A stretch of 64,000 nt of DNA from the human T2T-CHM13v2.0 reference genome, Homo sapiens: assembly GCA_009914755.4 (NCBI GenBank), contig CP086569.2:7712001-7776000 (forward strand), given 5' to 3'. The position numbers were made by a program, and so were the translations under genes. Under the pieces are notes generated by a model. The model saw only the letters and a program-made list of their open reading frames with translations, searched no databases and was not told where the DNA came from. Each line of letters begins with the position of its first letter. Within the stretch, counting starts at the first letter, position 1. Shown here piece by piece: positions 17,897 to 34,625 of this stretch.

Positions 17897-20800
17897 TTAG
17901 TCAACATCTCTCCTATAGGCAGGGTTAAGGGGGAAGACCCATTATTATGTCTGGGCCCAGAAATGAGTTGTCATTCCACATGTGGCCAGATGAACACATA
18001 AAAGTCACAATTCTGACTCTGCTATATTTCCTTGTTACACTCAGGACCTCAAAAGTGGGCACTGTAAATGTGGGATGGTGAAAACTTTTAATTTCACCTG
18101 GGTTCATAACTGACAGTCCCAATCTAAACTTTTTGCAGGGTCCTATTATGAAACTCTATCAACAAAGAGTTTATACAATATCAGTTACTGTTGCAAGCTT
18201 CTGTCAGCTTGGAACAAATAGGCAACCCAAGAGTTTACCAATAGGTACACTCAGCTTAGCAATGAGAGGTGAAATATCTCCTATTGGCTGAATCCAAATA
18301 TAAGTTTGATCATCATGCCTGAGAAATGAAGCAAGGTGTATGTCATAATCCCATTTATAGGCATAAAACTAGGCAGGAGAGTAACATCACACAGATGCTC
18401 TGTCACATGTGTCACATGTGATGCTGTGTCACAATGCCTTCTCTAGGCAGGGTATAGGAAGTTGGGCCCATTAACTGGGTGCTGGACCCAGCGATATGAC
18501 ACCATCCCACATGCAGAAAAAAATCCAGCCAAGTTATGAGAGCCAAAACATGTATATAATGGGCCCAAGATATGTCAAAAAACCTTCAGTGGCTCCAGTA
18601 CAGGCAGGAGAGACACATCATAAGGGTGCTGAGCCCAGCAATATGCAATATGCCATAAATTTCTCTTTATGCAGAACCCAGGCAGAAGAGTAACATCATC
18701 TGAGTGCTGGGCCATGCAATAAGACAAAATACTTATTTTGTGGGCATGGATCAAAAAAAAAGAGGTGAGTCACATATCCTGAATCCTGGGCTCAGCAATG
18801 TGTAAAAATCCTCCTGCTGTGAAGGCCCAAGCAGACAAAGAGCATCACATCACTTAGGTCATGGGCTCAGAGATATGTCCCAATGTCTCCAGTAGGCAAG
18901 GTTCAGGCAGATGAGGAGAGTCATATCACCTAGGTGCTTTCCTAGAAATATGTCACAATGTAACACATGGGCAGAAACCAGGTAGAGGAACCATATCACT
19001 TGAGTGATGGGTCCTGGGATATGTCACAAGACTCTCTTGGGACAACACTGAGCAAAGAAATTTACATCATCTAGGTATAGGCTTTCTGCTTACTCCACAG
19101 TGCTTTATTTGGGTAGGGACCAAGGAGGCAGTCACTTCACCTAGAAGATAGGCCCCAATATATGTCACAATGTCCTCTATGAAGCATAGCCCTGGCAAAA
19201 GAGTACCATCAACTGTGTGCCTGGCCTAGAAATATGTTACTCCAGGTTGGAAAGGCCCAAGCAGGAGAGCCATACAACCCAGGTGACAGGGCCAGATATA
19301 AGTCACAATGACCTCCTTTGAACAGGACTCTGGCAAAATAATACATTCAATGGTGTACCTGGCCTTGAAATATGTCACTATCCTTCTTTTGTGCATGGCC
19401 CACCCCAGAAAGCAGAGTTACATCACCTATGAAGGGGACACAGAAATATGACACAATAATTTTGGTGGGCATGGTCCAGGCAAGAATATAACATTGCCTG
19501 GGTGCTAGATAAAGTTGTATGTCACAATCCTTACTTAGAGAATGGCCCAGGCAGGAGAGTCACATTACCTTGAGGTTGGCCTAGCTAGATATCACAATCC
19601 CATATTTGGGCTGGAATAAGTATGGAAAGTCAAATTATACAGGTTCTTGGCAAGTATTTATACCACAATCACAGTGTTAGATAATTGCAAAGGTAAAATT
19701 TACAATACCACACATATCCTGTTTTCATGTGTGATATTTTGCTTTATCCATGTGAGGTGTTGACAGTCTTTACTGTCAGCTGGGCATGCATACAAGACTC
19801 ACAATTTCACCTGTGTTCTGAGCCCTGCTTTGACTCTGTCTGTATAACCCAAAGACTATAAAATATGAGTGAATGTTGTAATCTTTTGTGACTTTTGTAT
19901 AAGAACATTATTCAGGACATCATGCATGTACCTAAACTTGGCTATAAGAATCAAAATAAGCTCTATTAGCTGAATCCCCATATGACAGTCATTATCATTC
20001 CTTTGAACCTTGCCTTGGTGTTTTGTCAGAAATGTCACAAAACTTGTGTGCTAGGTCCAGTTCTGTGGCACAGTGTTCACCTAAATGGTGGGCCCCAAAA
20101 TATGCTAGAATGCCTCCTGTTAACAGGGCCCAGCCAGGAGTCATGTCATTTGGATGCAGTGTTTAGAAATGCTACAATTACCAAAGGAAGCAGATTACAG
20201 GCAGTTGAGGAGAGTCACGTAACCTACATGGCTGGTCCAGAATTATATTACAATCCCCCCTGAGGACCTTGTTAAAATAACACAGTCAAATCACCAAGGT
20301 TCTTGGCCCACGTATTTGTCAAAATCTCATTTTTGGCCATACCTGGCAAAATTATCAAATAATTCTGGAGCTGGTCAAAGGTATGTGTACACAATTATAA
20401 TTGTGGAGAGGTTTAAAAATAAAAGTCATCATCTTGCACATGTTCTGACTACAAGTATATACATTGTTATAAGGCTTTTGTTATGGTTTCAGATATATGG
20501 CGCAATATCACCTGTGGACACACAGAAGGCAAGAAAGTCACATCACCTACATGGGTGTGGGTCCTGTGAGATGTCACAATCCCCCTTGTGGGAAGCCCCT
20601 TATAGAAAATTCACATCACCTGGATGCTGGTTTCAATGACATATCAAAAACCCCTCAGTAGGCAGGCTTTTGGAAAAGGAGGAGACTCACTTCACATAGG
20701 CAACTGACCTAGACATATGTCACAGTGTCTGTTCTGTGCAGTATCAAAACTGGAGAAGGACCGCACATTGGTGCTGGTCCCAACAATATGTCACAATGTC

Positions 20801-22884
20801 CCTGTAATCAAGGCACAGGCTGAAGCAGAAAAACATAACCTACGTGTTGAGCCAAGTGATGCGTTACAATGCTTTCTGCTGGCAGAACCCAAGAAGTAGA
20901 ATCACGTCACCCAGGTGCAGGGCCCAGTTATGAGTCACAATGCACTGAGAGTTCTTGGCCAAGGCAGTATAAGATTGTCACATCACTTACATGATGGATC
21001 TAGATATAAGACCCAATTCTCTTTGTAGGCAGGTTTCAGGGGGATAATTCACCTCATCGGGATGATGGTCCCAGGGATATATAAAAGTGCCATTTTGTAG
21101 GCATAGCCAAGGAAGGTGTTATACTTGGTTTAGTGCTTGTTCCAGGTATGGCACAATTTCATCTGTGGCCTGGACCTAGAAGAGATAGTCAAATTATTCA
21201 TATGCTAGGCAAATTTACTTGTGCCAATCACACTCCCAGAAACATTCAGAAATGTTTTTTATCCCACACGAATCCTGGTTTTGTGTATTTAAGTTAACTC
21301 TTTCTATGGGTTGGGTCGAAGTAGGGAAGACACAATCCCAACCATGGGCGAGATCATGTATAAGAACCTCAATCCTACTTGAATATTGTGATCCAGTAGG
21401 AGAGTCACAGCATCGCAAGTGTGTGAATCATGTTTCAAATGTTACCAAACCACCTGCGAATCAGACCCATGTATTATAGTAATTATGTCAACCTTTGACT
21501 GCTTTTTATGTGTGAGATTTAGTACCACATTCCTAGGCCCTGTTTATGTGTGAGAATGAGAATCGCATCAGCTAGGTGTGCATAAAAGGGTCACATTCTC
21601 ATCTGCTTGCTGTTCTCTAGTATGACACTCTGTACCAATAAAGCTTTATATGACATACCAGAGCATTATAATCCTTTGTGAACTTTACTGAAGTGAAAAA
21701 CCCAGGACTTTACCCATGGCAGTGAGACTGTCTATGAGAGTCACAATATCTCTACTGGCTGGGTCCAGAAAAGAGAGTTATTATTGAGCATGTGTGCTTA
21801 ACCCAGGTGTATGTAACAGTTTCACCTGTGAGCTGAGATAAGGTAAGAGAACCATATAACCTGGGTGCTGAGCCAGTGACACAATAAAATCTCATTTGTA
21901 GGCTGGGCCTAGTCAGAAGAGCCTAATCATCTAGATGTTGAGCTCTGCAATATGCAATAATTCCATCTCTTGGCACAGTCTAGGATATGAAGGAGAGTCA
22001 CATAAGCTAGGTTTTACAATCAGTGCTATGTCACCACATCTGTGGTGAGCAGCACCCAGGAAGGAGAGGAGAGTCACATGACCAAGATGTTTGGACAAAC
22101 AATATTTCACTATGTTCTCTGGGGGCAGGTACAGGCAGGAGAGATAAATCACCTATCTCATACACTCAGAGATAAGTGATAATATCCCCTGTTTGCAGGG
22201 TCCAGGCAAAAGTAACATGATTATGATTCTAACCCTGCAATATGTCAAAATGCACCCATGGGAAAAAAAAATTAACCAAAAACTCTCAACACCTGGGTAC
22301 TAGGCCTAGTAATAGGCCAAATATTTTTCTCTTTGTGGGTGACACCATTAAATTGAGCTACATGTATATATAAGAGTCACAGTCTCATGTGTTTTGGGGG
22401 CTATTGTATGACACTCTAAAACACCTGAAGGCTTTATACAGCACGCATCAGGGTTGGACACCACTCTGAAGCCTACATGCTCATAGAGATTCATGATCTT
22501 ATGTATTTCCCTAAACCCCGGTATAATAGTACACATCTTTTATGTAGGCTGGTTTTAGGTATGGGACCCATTATCATGCCTATGAGCTGGACACATAAAT
22601 GAGTCATCATCCCACTTGTGGCCAGATCCACATATGAAGGTCAAAATGCTAACTTTGTACTGTATTCACTTGTTAGATTCAGGATGTTAAAAGTGGGCTT
22701 TGGACATGTGGGATGGACATGTCCAAAGCTTTGGACAACATTTGCTTTTACCTGGGAATGTAATTGAAAGTCCCAATCTGAACTTTTTGCTGGTCCCTGT
22801 CATGAAACTCTCTGTACCAATCAAGGAACTCATACATTATGAGTTAGTGTTGTAAAGTTCTGTGAGCTTTCTACAAATATGTAA

Positions 22885-24755
<1,871 letters not shown>

Positions 24756-27700
24756 TTTACATGATATACCTGAGTCTTATAATTCTTCATGAACTTTATA
24801 CTAGTAAAAATTCCACGGCTTTACCCAAGGACCTGAGACTGGCTATGAGAGTCAAAATATCGCTACTGGCTGGGTCCAGGTATGAAAGTTGTTGTGCATG
24901 TGTGCTTAACCCAGAGTGTTAAAATATTTCTACTGGGTTGGTCCAGTTATGAGAGTTATTATTGTGTATGTGTGCTTAACCTTGTATATGTCACAATTTC
25001 ACCTGTGAGCAGGGACAAGGCAGGGGAGTCATATTATCTAGGTGCTGAGCCAGTAATACAGTATAATCTCATTTGTAGGATAGGCCTAGTCAGAAAAATC
25101 ACACAACCTGGGTACAGCCTCAAATAATATGTCACCAAGTCTGCTATAGACAGGGAATAAGTATAAAATGAGAGTTACTCCACCTAGGTTCTGGGCTCTG
25201 TAGTATGTAATAATGTATCTTTTGGCTGAGTCTGGAATATGAAGGAGAGCCATATCACCTAGGTTTTGCAATAAGCAGCATGTCACATGTTTTTTAGTGA
25301 GCAGGACCCTGGCCAGGAGGAGAGTCACATGACATAAAGGTTTGGCCAAACAATATTTCACAATATCCTGCAGGGCAGGGCACAGGCAGGAGAGACAAGT
25401 AATCCAGCTTATGTGCCCAGAGATATGTGATAATATCCCAGGTTGGCAGGGTACAGGCAGGAGAGTCATATAATTATTCTAACTCAGCAATATGTCACAA
25501 TGTACCCATGGGAAGGTATTTAAGCAAAAAGTCTCAACATCTCATACTAGGCCTAAAAATATGCCAAATCTTTTGGTCTTTGAGGGTGACACCTTTAACA
25601 GGAACCGAAGTGTGTATATGACAGTCACAATCTCACATGTTTCCTGGGCTGTTGCATGACGCTCTACAACATTTGAAGGCTTTATATAGCATGCGTGAGA
25701 GTTGCAAACCACTCTGAGGCCTATATGTTCATATAGATTCACAGTCACACAAACTAACGTAACCCAGGTATAATGGTCTCTTCTGTAGGCTAGGATCAGG
25801 AATGAGACACATTATGATGTCTGTGAGCTGAATCCAGAAATGAGTCACCATCCCGCCTGTGGCCAGATCCACATATGAAATTCACAATTCCAACTTTGTA
25901 CTTTATTCTCCTGTTAGACTTAGGACCCTAACAGTGGGATTTGCATATGTGGTATGATAACAACATTCACTTTTACCTGGGTGTGGAATCGAGAGAATCC
26001 CAATCTGAACTTTTTGATGGGTCCTGGCTTAAAACTCTCTGTGCCATACTAGGAGATAATATATTATGAGTTAGTGTTGTAAGGCGCTGTGTGTTTGGTA
26101 CAAATAGCAATTCAGGACCTTAACTATTGCCCTAAGCCTAGCGATGAAAGGAAAAATAAATGATATTGGCTGAAACCCAACATAAGTTTTACTATCATGC
26201 CTGTAAACTGAAGTAAAGTATATATCATAGTCCCTTTTGTGGGCAAAAACTAGGTTGGCAGGTAAGATTGTTTAGCTGCTGTGCTAAGTAGCATATCACT
26301 AATTCCTAGGCACGGTATAAGAATTAGAGTCACATTAACTGGGTGCTGGACTCAGCAATATGAAACCATCCCAGCCAAGGGATGAGAGTCAAAACACACA
26401 CAATAAGCCCAGAATATGTTTAAAAAAGTTCTATGACTATGGGGCAGGCATGATAGATGAAATAATGTGCTGCTCTGAAATGACATTGTCAGGGTGCTGG
26501 TCTCAGCAATATGCCATAATTTTCTCTATATGCTGTACCCAGACAAAGGAGTAACATTGTCTCGAGGCTGGGCCATGCAATATGTCAAAAAGTCTGTTTG
26601 TGGGCATGGCTCTAGAAAAAAAAGTAGAGACAAATAAACTGAGTGATGAACTCAGCAATATTCCACAATAGCCCGATTATAAATACCAGGCGAAAAATAG
26701 CGTCATTTCACTTAGGTCATGGGCACAGAGATATATCCCACTGTTCCCAGGAGGCAAAGCCCAGACAGAAAAGGTGAATCATATCATGTAGGGACTTTCT
26801 TGGTTATATATCACATTCTAACGTGTGGGCAGACACCAAGCAGAAGAACCACATCACCTGGGTACAGCATCAAGCAATATGTCACCATCCCCTGTAAGGA
26901 CAGGTTTGAAGGAAAAAAAAGAGAATCACAACTCCTGGGTGCTGGGCTCAGCAATATATAATAATTTCCACTCTTAGCAGAATCCAGGACAAAGAGGAGA
27001 TTCATGTCACCTAGGTTTTGGATTTGGTGGTATGTCACACTTTCTTCAATGGGCAGGATCCAATTAGCAGAGGAGAGTCATATTTCCTAGATGCTATATC
27101 TAGCCATATGTCAGAATGTCCCCTGTGGGCAGGGCACTGGCAGGAGAGCCATATCAGCTAGCCAAAAGGACCAGAGATATATGAAAATATATGTTGTTTG
27201 CAGGGCCCATGCAGAAGTCACATTATCATGATTCTGACCCAGTGATATGTAACAATGTCCTTAAGAAAAAGAATTTAAACCTAACATCATAATACCAGGG
27301 TATTAGGCCAAGGGATATGACTCAATCTCCTCATCTTTAAGGGTGACACTACTAATTGTTGGCTACTTGTGTGTAGGAGAATCACAGTCTCATGTGCGTG
27401 CTGGCCATTGTATGACACTCCCTACAACATCTGAGTACTGTATACAACATGCATGAGAGTTGCAAGCCTCTCTGATGCCTACATGCTTATATGGATTTGC
27501 AAACTTAGATTCCCCTAAACCCACATATGACAGTCAACATCTCTCCTAAAGACTGGCTTAAAGAATTAGGCCACTATTATTTCTGTGAGCTGAGTCCAGA
27601 AATGAGTCATGATTCCACCTGTTGCCAGATTGACTTATGAAAATCACAATTCTGACATTGTGCTTTATTCACTCATTAGAATCAGGACATCAACAATGGG

Positions 27701-30700
27701 CTTTGTAAATGTAAGACAGTAACAATTTTTACTTTCACTTGTGTAGTCAGGAGTCACAATCCTGACTTTTTGCTGGGCCCTGTTATAAAAGTCTCTGTAC
27801 CACCCAAGAAGTTTGTATGATATGAGTTAGTGTTGTAAACTTCTGTGAGATTTGTAGAAATATGAATAAAGGACCTTATTGACCAAAACATAGTGGTTAG
27901 TGGCAAAATATTTCCTATTGGAAGAATCTCAGTATAAGTTTGATCATCATGCCTTTCAACTGGAGGACGGTATATGTCATAATCTTATTTGTGGGCTAAT
28001 AACTAGGCTGAAGGTTAACATCACTTAGGTACTGGGGCAAGTAATATGTCACAGTGCCCTCTCTAGGCAGGGCCTAGGGAATAAGGTCACATTAACTGGG
28101 GGCTGAAGCCAGCATTATAATACAACCACAGGTGGAAGAAACCCAGCAAAGTTATGAGAGCCAAAGCACTTAAAAAATTGGCCAAAGATATCCCAAAATA
28201 CTTCCTGTGGCTCAGGCACAAGCAGGAGAGTAATGTCATTAGTGTACTGGACCAAGCAATATGCCACAATTCCCTGTTTATGCATGACTTATGCAGAAAA
28301 GTAGCATCACCCATGTGTAGGACCCTGAAATATTGCAAAAGCCCTATTCATGAGCATTGTTCGGCAAGAAGACGAGAGTCATATTACCTAAGTGCTGAGC
28401 TCATCAATATGTCAAAATGTTTCTGTTGTTAAGACCCAGACAGAAGAGAGTCACATTACTTATGTCATGGGCTAAGAGGTGTGACCAAATGTCACCAGTA
28501 CACAGGGCTCAGGCAGAAAGAGTCAGATTACCTAAGTGTCTCTTTAAGTATATGTCACAATTTAATATGTGGGCAGAAACCAGGGTGAAGAGCCACATCT
28601 TCTCTTCCTGTATCCTGAGATACTCACAAGTCAGTCCCCCTTAGAAAAGAACATAGGCAAGTCAGTTACATCACCTAGGTCCCTGTTCCACTGTTATTTC
28701 ACAATGCTCCATGTGGTCAGGGACAAGCAGGACCAAGGACCAAGGCCAAGCACATCACCTAAGTGATAAGCTGAGAGATATGTCACAAAGCCTTTCTGAA
28801 AGCATGGCCCTGACAAAACAGCACCATTACCTTTGTGGCTGACCTAGCAATATGTCACTATTCAAGTAGGCAGTTCCCAAGCAGAAGAGCCATATCACCT
28901 CCATGATAGGAATTGTGATATGTCAACATGCCCTCTTTTGGGTATGGCCCTGGCAAAAGAGTATCATCACATGTGTGTCTGTCCTAGGAATATGTTATTT
29001 TGCCCTGTGTGCAGGATTCATTCCAGACAGGAGAGTTACATCTTCTAACTGATGTACAAAGTGATATGCCACGATGATATTTTCAGGCATGATGCGGCAA
29101 AATGTAACGACACCTTGATGCTGGATCCAGTGATGTCATAGTTCTTACTGAGAGGAGGGGCCAGGCAGAGAAGTCTCATCACTTCAAGTTTGGCCCAGGT
29201 AGATATACAAATCTCATATGTAGACTGGAATCAGTCTGAAGAGTGAAATCACACAGGTGCTTGCAAAGACTTACATCACAGTCACAATGAAATAAAATTC
29301 TAGGGATTAGATTTACAGTATCACACATGTCCTGTTTTCATGTAGGAGAGTTGCTTTCATCCATCTGTGATGGTGAAAGTCTTTACTGTCAGTTAGATGT
29401 GCATATGAGACTCAGAATTTCCTCTCTGTGCTAGTCCCTTTTATGACACTCTCTATACAACCCAAGGGTCCTATAAAATATGTGTGAGTGTTGTAATCTT
29501 CTGTGACATTTTTACCAGAATTAGACCCTGGACATCACTGATGTACCTCAACCTAGTTATATGGGTCAAAATTTCTCCTACTGGCTGCGTATATAAGAGT
29601 CAGTATCATATAAGAGTCAGTATCATGCCTGTTAGCTGTGTCTAGGTATATGGCACCAACCCCTCTGTGGTTATTAGACACAGAGGACAACAACATCACC
29701 TAAATCTTCAGCCACAAATAATCCAATATTCTCTTTGTAGGCAGGGATATAAAAGAAATGTCACAAAACTTGGGTGCTGGTCTCATTGATTTGTAAATTT
29801 TCCTATATCACATTGCCAAACAAGGTGTTATGCATTGCTCAGGTACTTGCTGCATGTATGTCACAGTTTCCACTGTGCTCTGAACCTAGAAAGGAGAGTC
29901 AAACACTCAGATGTTAGGCAAAGTAACATTTTCAATCACACACTTGAAAATGTTCAGAAATATGTTTCACAGTCCCACACAAGTTCTGTCTTTGAATATA
30001 AGAGTGAACATCTCCCATGAGTTGGGTCAAAGTACAGGAGTCACTGTCTCATCAATGGGCAAGCTCCATGTACACAAGCCCCATTCCCACTTGAAGATTG
30101 TATTCCAGAGAGTCAAAGCACCACATGTCTGCTGACTCATTGTTCAAACATCAAAAAACCACCTGTGGGCCAGTTTTATGTATGAGAGTAAAAATTTCAA
30201 GCTTCAACTGCCTATCTGTGTGAGATTTAGTACCTCATTCATAGACTGTTCATGTGAGAGAATGACAATTGTGTCAGCTGGATGTGCATCCAAGAGTCAC
30301 AACAGAACCTGGTTGCTGGTGCCTGTTAGGACACTCTATGTACTACTCAGGCTTTACGTGATATATCTGAGTAACATATTTTTCTGTGAATTCTTACAGG
30401 TAGGAGATCTAGGATTTTATCCATGTTCTTAAGTCTGGCTATGAGAGTCAAAATATCTTCCCTGGCTGGGTCTAGGTAGCAGAGTTATTATTTTGCATAT
30501 GAGCTTAATCAAGGTATAAGTGACAATTTCACCTTTGGACAGAGACAATCAGAAAAGTCATATCTTCTAGGCCCTGAGACAAGGATACACTATAACTTCC
30601 TCTGTAAGCAGGACCCAGTCAAAATAGTCATAAAAAATGGCTCAGTCTTAAATAATATGTCATAATGCCCACTGTATACAAGGTGGAAAAATAGTGGTAC

Positions 30701-33700
30701 CCCTAGGTACCACACTCAGCAATAGGTTATAATCTTTTCTCCTGGCAGTGTCCTGGACAAAGTAGAGAGTCACATCACCTAGTTTTGCACTCAATGGTAT
30801 GTCATTATTTCCTTAGTGGGCAGGATCCAGACAGGAGAGGAGAGTCATATTACCTAGATGCTATATCTAGTGATATGTCACAGTGTCCTCTGTGGGCAGG
30901 GCACTGGCAGGAGAGATATATCACCTAGCTGATAGTCCCAGAGATATGTGATAATATCCCCTGTTGTCTGGGTCCAAGCAGAGGAGTCATATTGTTATAA
31001 TTCTGACACAGCGATTTGTAACAATGCACCAAGAGAAAGAATTTGAGCCAAAAACTCTGAAAACCTGACTATTAGGTCCAGTGATACAACACAATCTTTT
31101 CGTCTTGTAAGATGATGCCTTTCACTTTTAGCTGAGCGTGTATATTAGAGTCAGAATCTCATGTGTATGCTGGGCCAGCGTATGACACTCTCTACAACAT
31201 CTGGCACTTTATAAAACCTCCTTGAGAGTTGCAATCCTCTCTGATGTTTTTATGCTCATGTGGACTCAAAATCATAAATATTGACCATGTTGGATAGACA
31301 ACATCTCTCCTATAGACAGGGCTAAAAGAGAACACTTATTATTATGTCAGTGATCTGGGTTCAGAAATGAGCAGCCATCGTATCTGTGGCCTGATCCACA
31401 TACAAAACCACAATTCCTACTTCACGCTGTATTCCCTTGTTAGAATCAGGACCTCAACAGTAGATATTGTAAATGTGGGATAGTGACTACTTTTAATTTC
31501 AATTGGGTGTGTAACTGAGAGTCTCAATCTGAAATTTTTGCTGGCCCTTGTTATGAAACTCTCTACCACAAAGAGTTTATACAATATAACTTACTGTTGT
31601 AAGATTCTTTGAGGTTGGTATCACTATGAAACACAGGACCTTACCTATTGTTTTAAGGTTAACGATGAGAGAAAAATATCTCCTATTGGCAGAATCCCAA
31701 TATAGATATAATCATCATGCCTGTAAACTGAAGCAAAGCATATGTCATAATCCCATTAGGAGCAAAAAGTTAGGCAGGAGGGTAACATTGCTTAAGTACT
31801 GTACAAACCAATATGTCACATTTCCTTCTGTAGGCAGGGCATAGGAAATTGGGTCACATTAACTGGGTGCTGGGCTCAGAAATACACCATCTCACACGTG
31901 AAAAACCCAGCCAAGTTATGTGAGGCAAAACACCTGCATAATGGGGCCAAGATATGTCAAAATACCTTCAATGGCTCCTACAGAGGCAGGAGGGACACAT
32001 CACAAAGGTTTTGGGCCCAGCAATAGGCAACATGCCATTATTTGCTCTTTATGCAGAACTCATGCAGAAGAGTAATATCATCTGGGTTATGGGTCCTGCA
32101 ATAGGTCCCAATAACTTTTTTATGGGCACGGTTCGGGAAAAAGAGGAGAGTCACATATGCTTACTGTTGGGCTCAGCAATGTGTAAAAATCTCCTATAGT
32201 GAAAACCTAGGCAGAAAACAAGAGTCACAATACTTAGGTCATGGGCTCAGTGATTTATTTCCCAATGTTTCTATTTCCAAAGATATTTACGATCTCTTCT
32301 GATGAAACTGTTAAGACACAAGAGTCAAATCATCAAGGTTCTTGGACATGGTATATATAAACACATCATCTGTGGACTATAACTAGGCAGGATCATAAAA
32401 TGACTCAGGTCCTGGGCAAAAGTGTATGTCACAATCATACTTGTGACAAGGTTCAGCTATGAGAATCATGATCCTACACATGTCCTGGCTCCAGGTACAA
32501 GAGTAATTAATAGGCCATTGATCTGCTCTCATGTATATGGCAAAATATCACCTGTGGACAGGGAAAAGAAATAAATCTATCACCTGAGTTGGTACTGGTC
32601 CATGGAAATGTCACAATCCTCCTTGTGGGAAGGACCCTGGAAGAAGGATCACATCACCTGGATGCTGGTTTCAGTGATAAACCTAAGTCCCCCTCTCCCA
32701 TTGTGGGCAGAGCTTAGGCACAAGAGAAAATGAATATCACCCAGGCTATTGGGCTGGATATATGTGACAATGCCCTCTATATGTGAAGGACCAAGGCAGG
32801 AGAGACACCTCACTTTGGTGCTGGGTTCAGTAATATGACACAATCTCTATAGTATTCAGGGACCAGGCTAGAGAGAAGAAACATCACCTAGGTGCTGAGA
32901 CAAGTGATGATTTACCAAACTTCCTATTAGCAGAACTGTTTCAAAAATAGAGTCACTTCACCTGGGTGCAGTACCCAGTTATGTATCACAATGCAATATA
33001 AGTGCAGGGCCAAGGCAGTAGCAGGAAGTCACATCACTTATGTGATAGACCTAGATAAAATCTTTGGTGCTCTTTGTTGGCAGGGTTCAGTCCAGGGTTT
33101 TACATCAGCTGGGTGCTGGTCCCAGTTATATATAAAACTGTCCTTTGATATATTGCCGAAAAGGTGTTATACATTGCTTAGGTGCTAGATGCATGTATGT
33201 TGCAATTTCAACAGTGCTCTGGGCATAGAAAGGAGAGTCAAAACACTCAGATTCTGGGCAAAATCATGCTTCTCAATCATATACTTGAAAATGTTCAGAA
33301 ATAGGTTTCACTGTCCCACACATGTGCTGGCTTTGGGTATGAAAGTCAACACCTCCTATGAGTTGGGTCGAAGTACTGGAGTCACAATCACAACAAAGGG
33401 CAAGATAAATGTATAAGAGCCCCAATCTTACTTGAAGCTTGTGTTCCAGTAGGAGAGTCAAAGCACCACATGTCTGTGGATTCATGATTTAACCATCACC
33501 AGACCCCCTTTGGATCAGATTCAAGTATGTGAGTAACAATGCTTATATGTGTGAGAATTTGTTCCTTATTCAGAGGCTCTGTTTATGTGTGAGAATGACA
33601 ATCATTTCAGCTAGGTATGCATCCAAGAGTCCGAATAACACCTGGCTGCTGGTGACTGTTATGACACACTTTGTACCACCCAGGCTTTATATGATATGCC

Positions 33701-34354
33701 TGAGTAGCATAATTTTCTGTGAATTCTTACAGGTGGTAGATCTAGGTCATTACCCATGACCACAAGACTGGCTAGGAGAGTTGAAATGTCTTCCCTGACT
33801 AGCTCTGGTTTTGAGAGTTATTATTGTGTATATGAGCTGAATCCAGTATATGTCACAATTCCACCTATAGACAGAGACAAGACAGAAGAGTCACATCATC
33901 TGGGTACTGAGTGAGGGATACTTGTAATCTCTTTTGTAGGCGGGACCTAGGGAGAAGAGTCATAATACCTCCATACAGTCTCAAATAATATGTCATAATG
34001 CCCACTGTATACAAGGTTGAAAAAATCATGGATTGTCACAACCTCTAGGTGCTGGGCACAGAAATATGTTGTAATTCCCTCTCTTGGTAGAGTCCAGCAC
34101 AAAGAGAAGAGTCACATCACCTAGGTTTTGTACTCGGTGGTGAGTCACAAATTCTTCAGTGGGCAGTATCAAGGCAGAGAGCAGAGTCACATTACATATA
34201 TGCTATATCCAGCGATATATGACAGTGTGCCCTGTGGGCCAGACCCCGGCAGGAGAGACACATCACCTAGCTGATAGTCCCAGAGATATGTAATAGTATC
34301 CCCTGTAGTCTGACTCCAAGCAGAAGAGTCACATTATGATGATTCTAACTCAGA

Positions 34355-34625
34355 GATATTATATATCACACACACACATTATATACATATACATTGTGTG
34401 TGTATATATATCCATGTATGTATATATGTATACATGTGTATATATATCCATGTTTTATATATGGTGTATATATACATTGTATATACATATTGTGTATATG
34501 TACATTGTATATACATACATTGTGTATATATACATTATATATACATACATTTTGTATATGTATACATTATATATACATTGTGTATATGTATACATTATAT
34601 ATACATACATTGTATATGTATAGAC
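34355..34625. repeat. Complex AT-rich (TGTATATA/CATACA)n microsatellite embedded in array 2
   Basis: '…cacacacacattatatacatatacattgtgtgtgtatatatatccatgtatgtatatatgtatacatgtgtatatat…'. The overlapping ORFs (34336..34676) are low-complexity artefacts. Confidence 0.85.
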
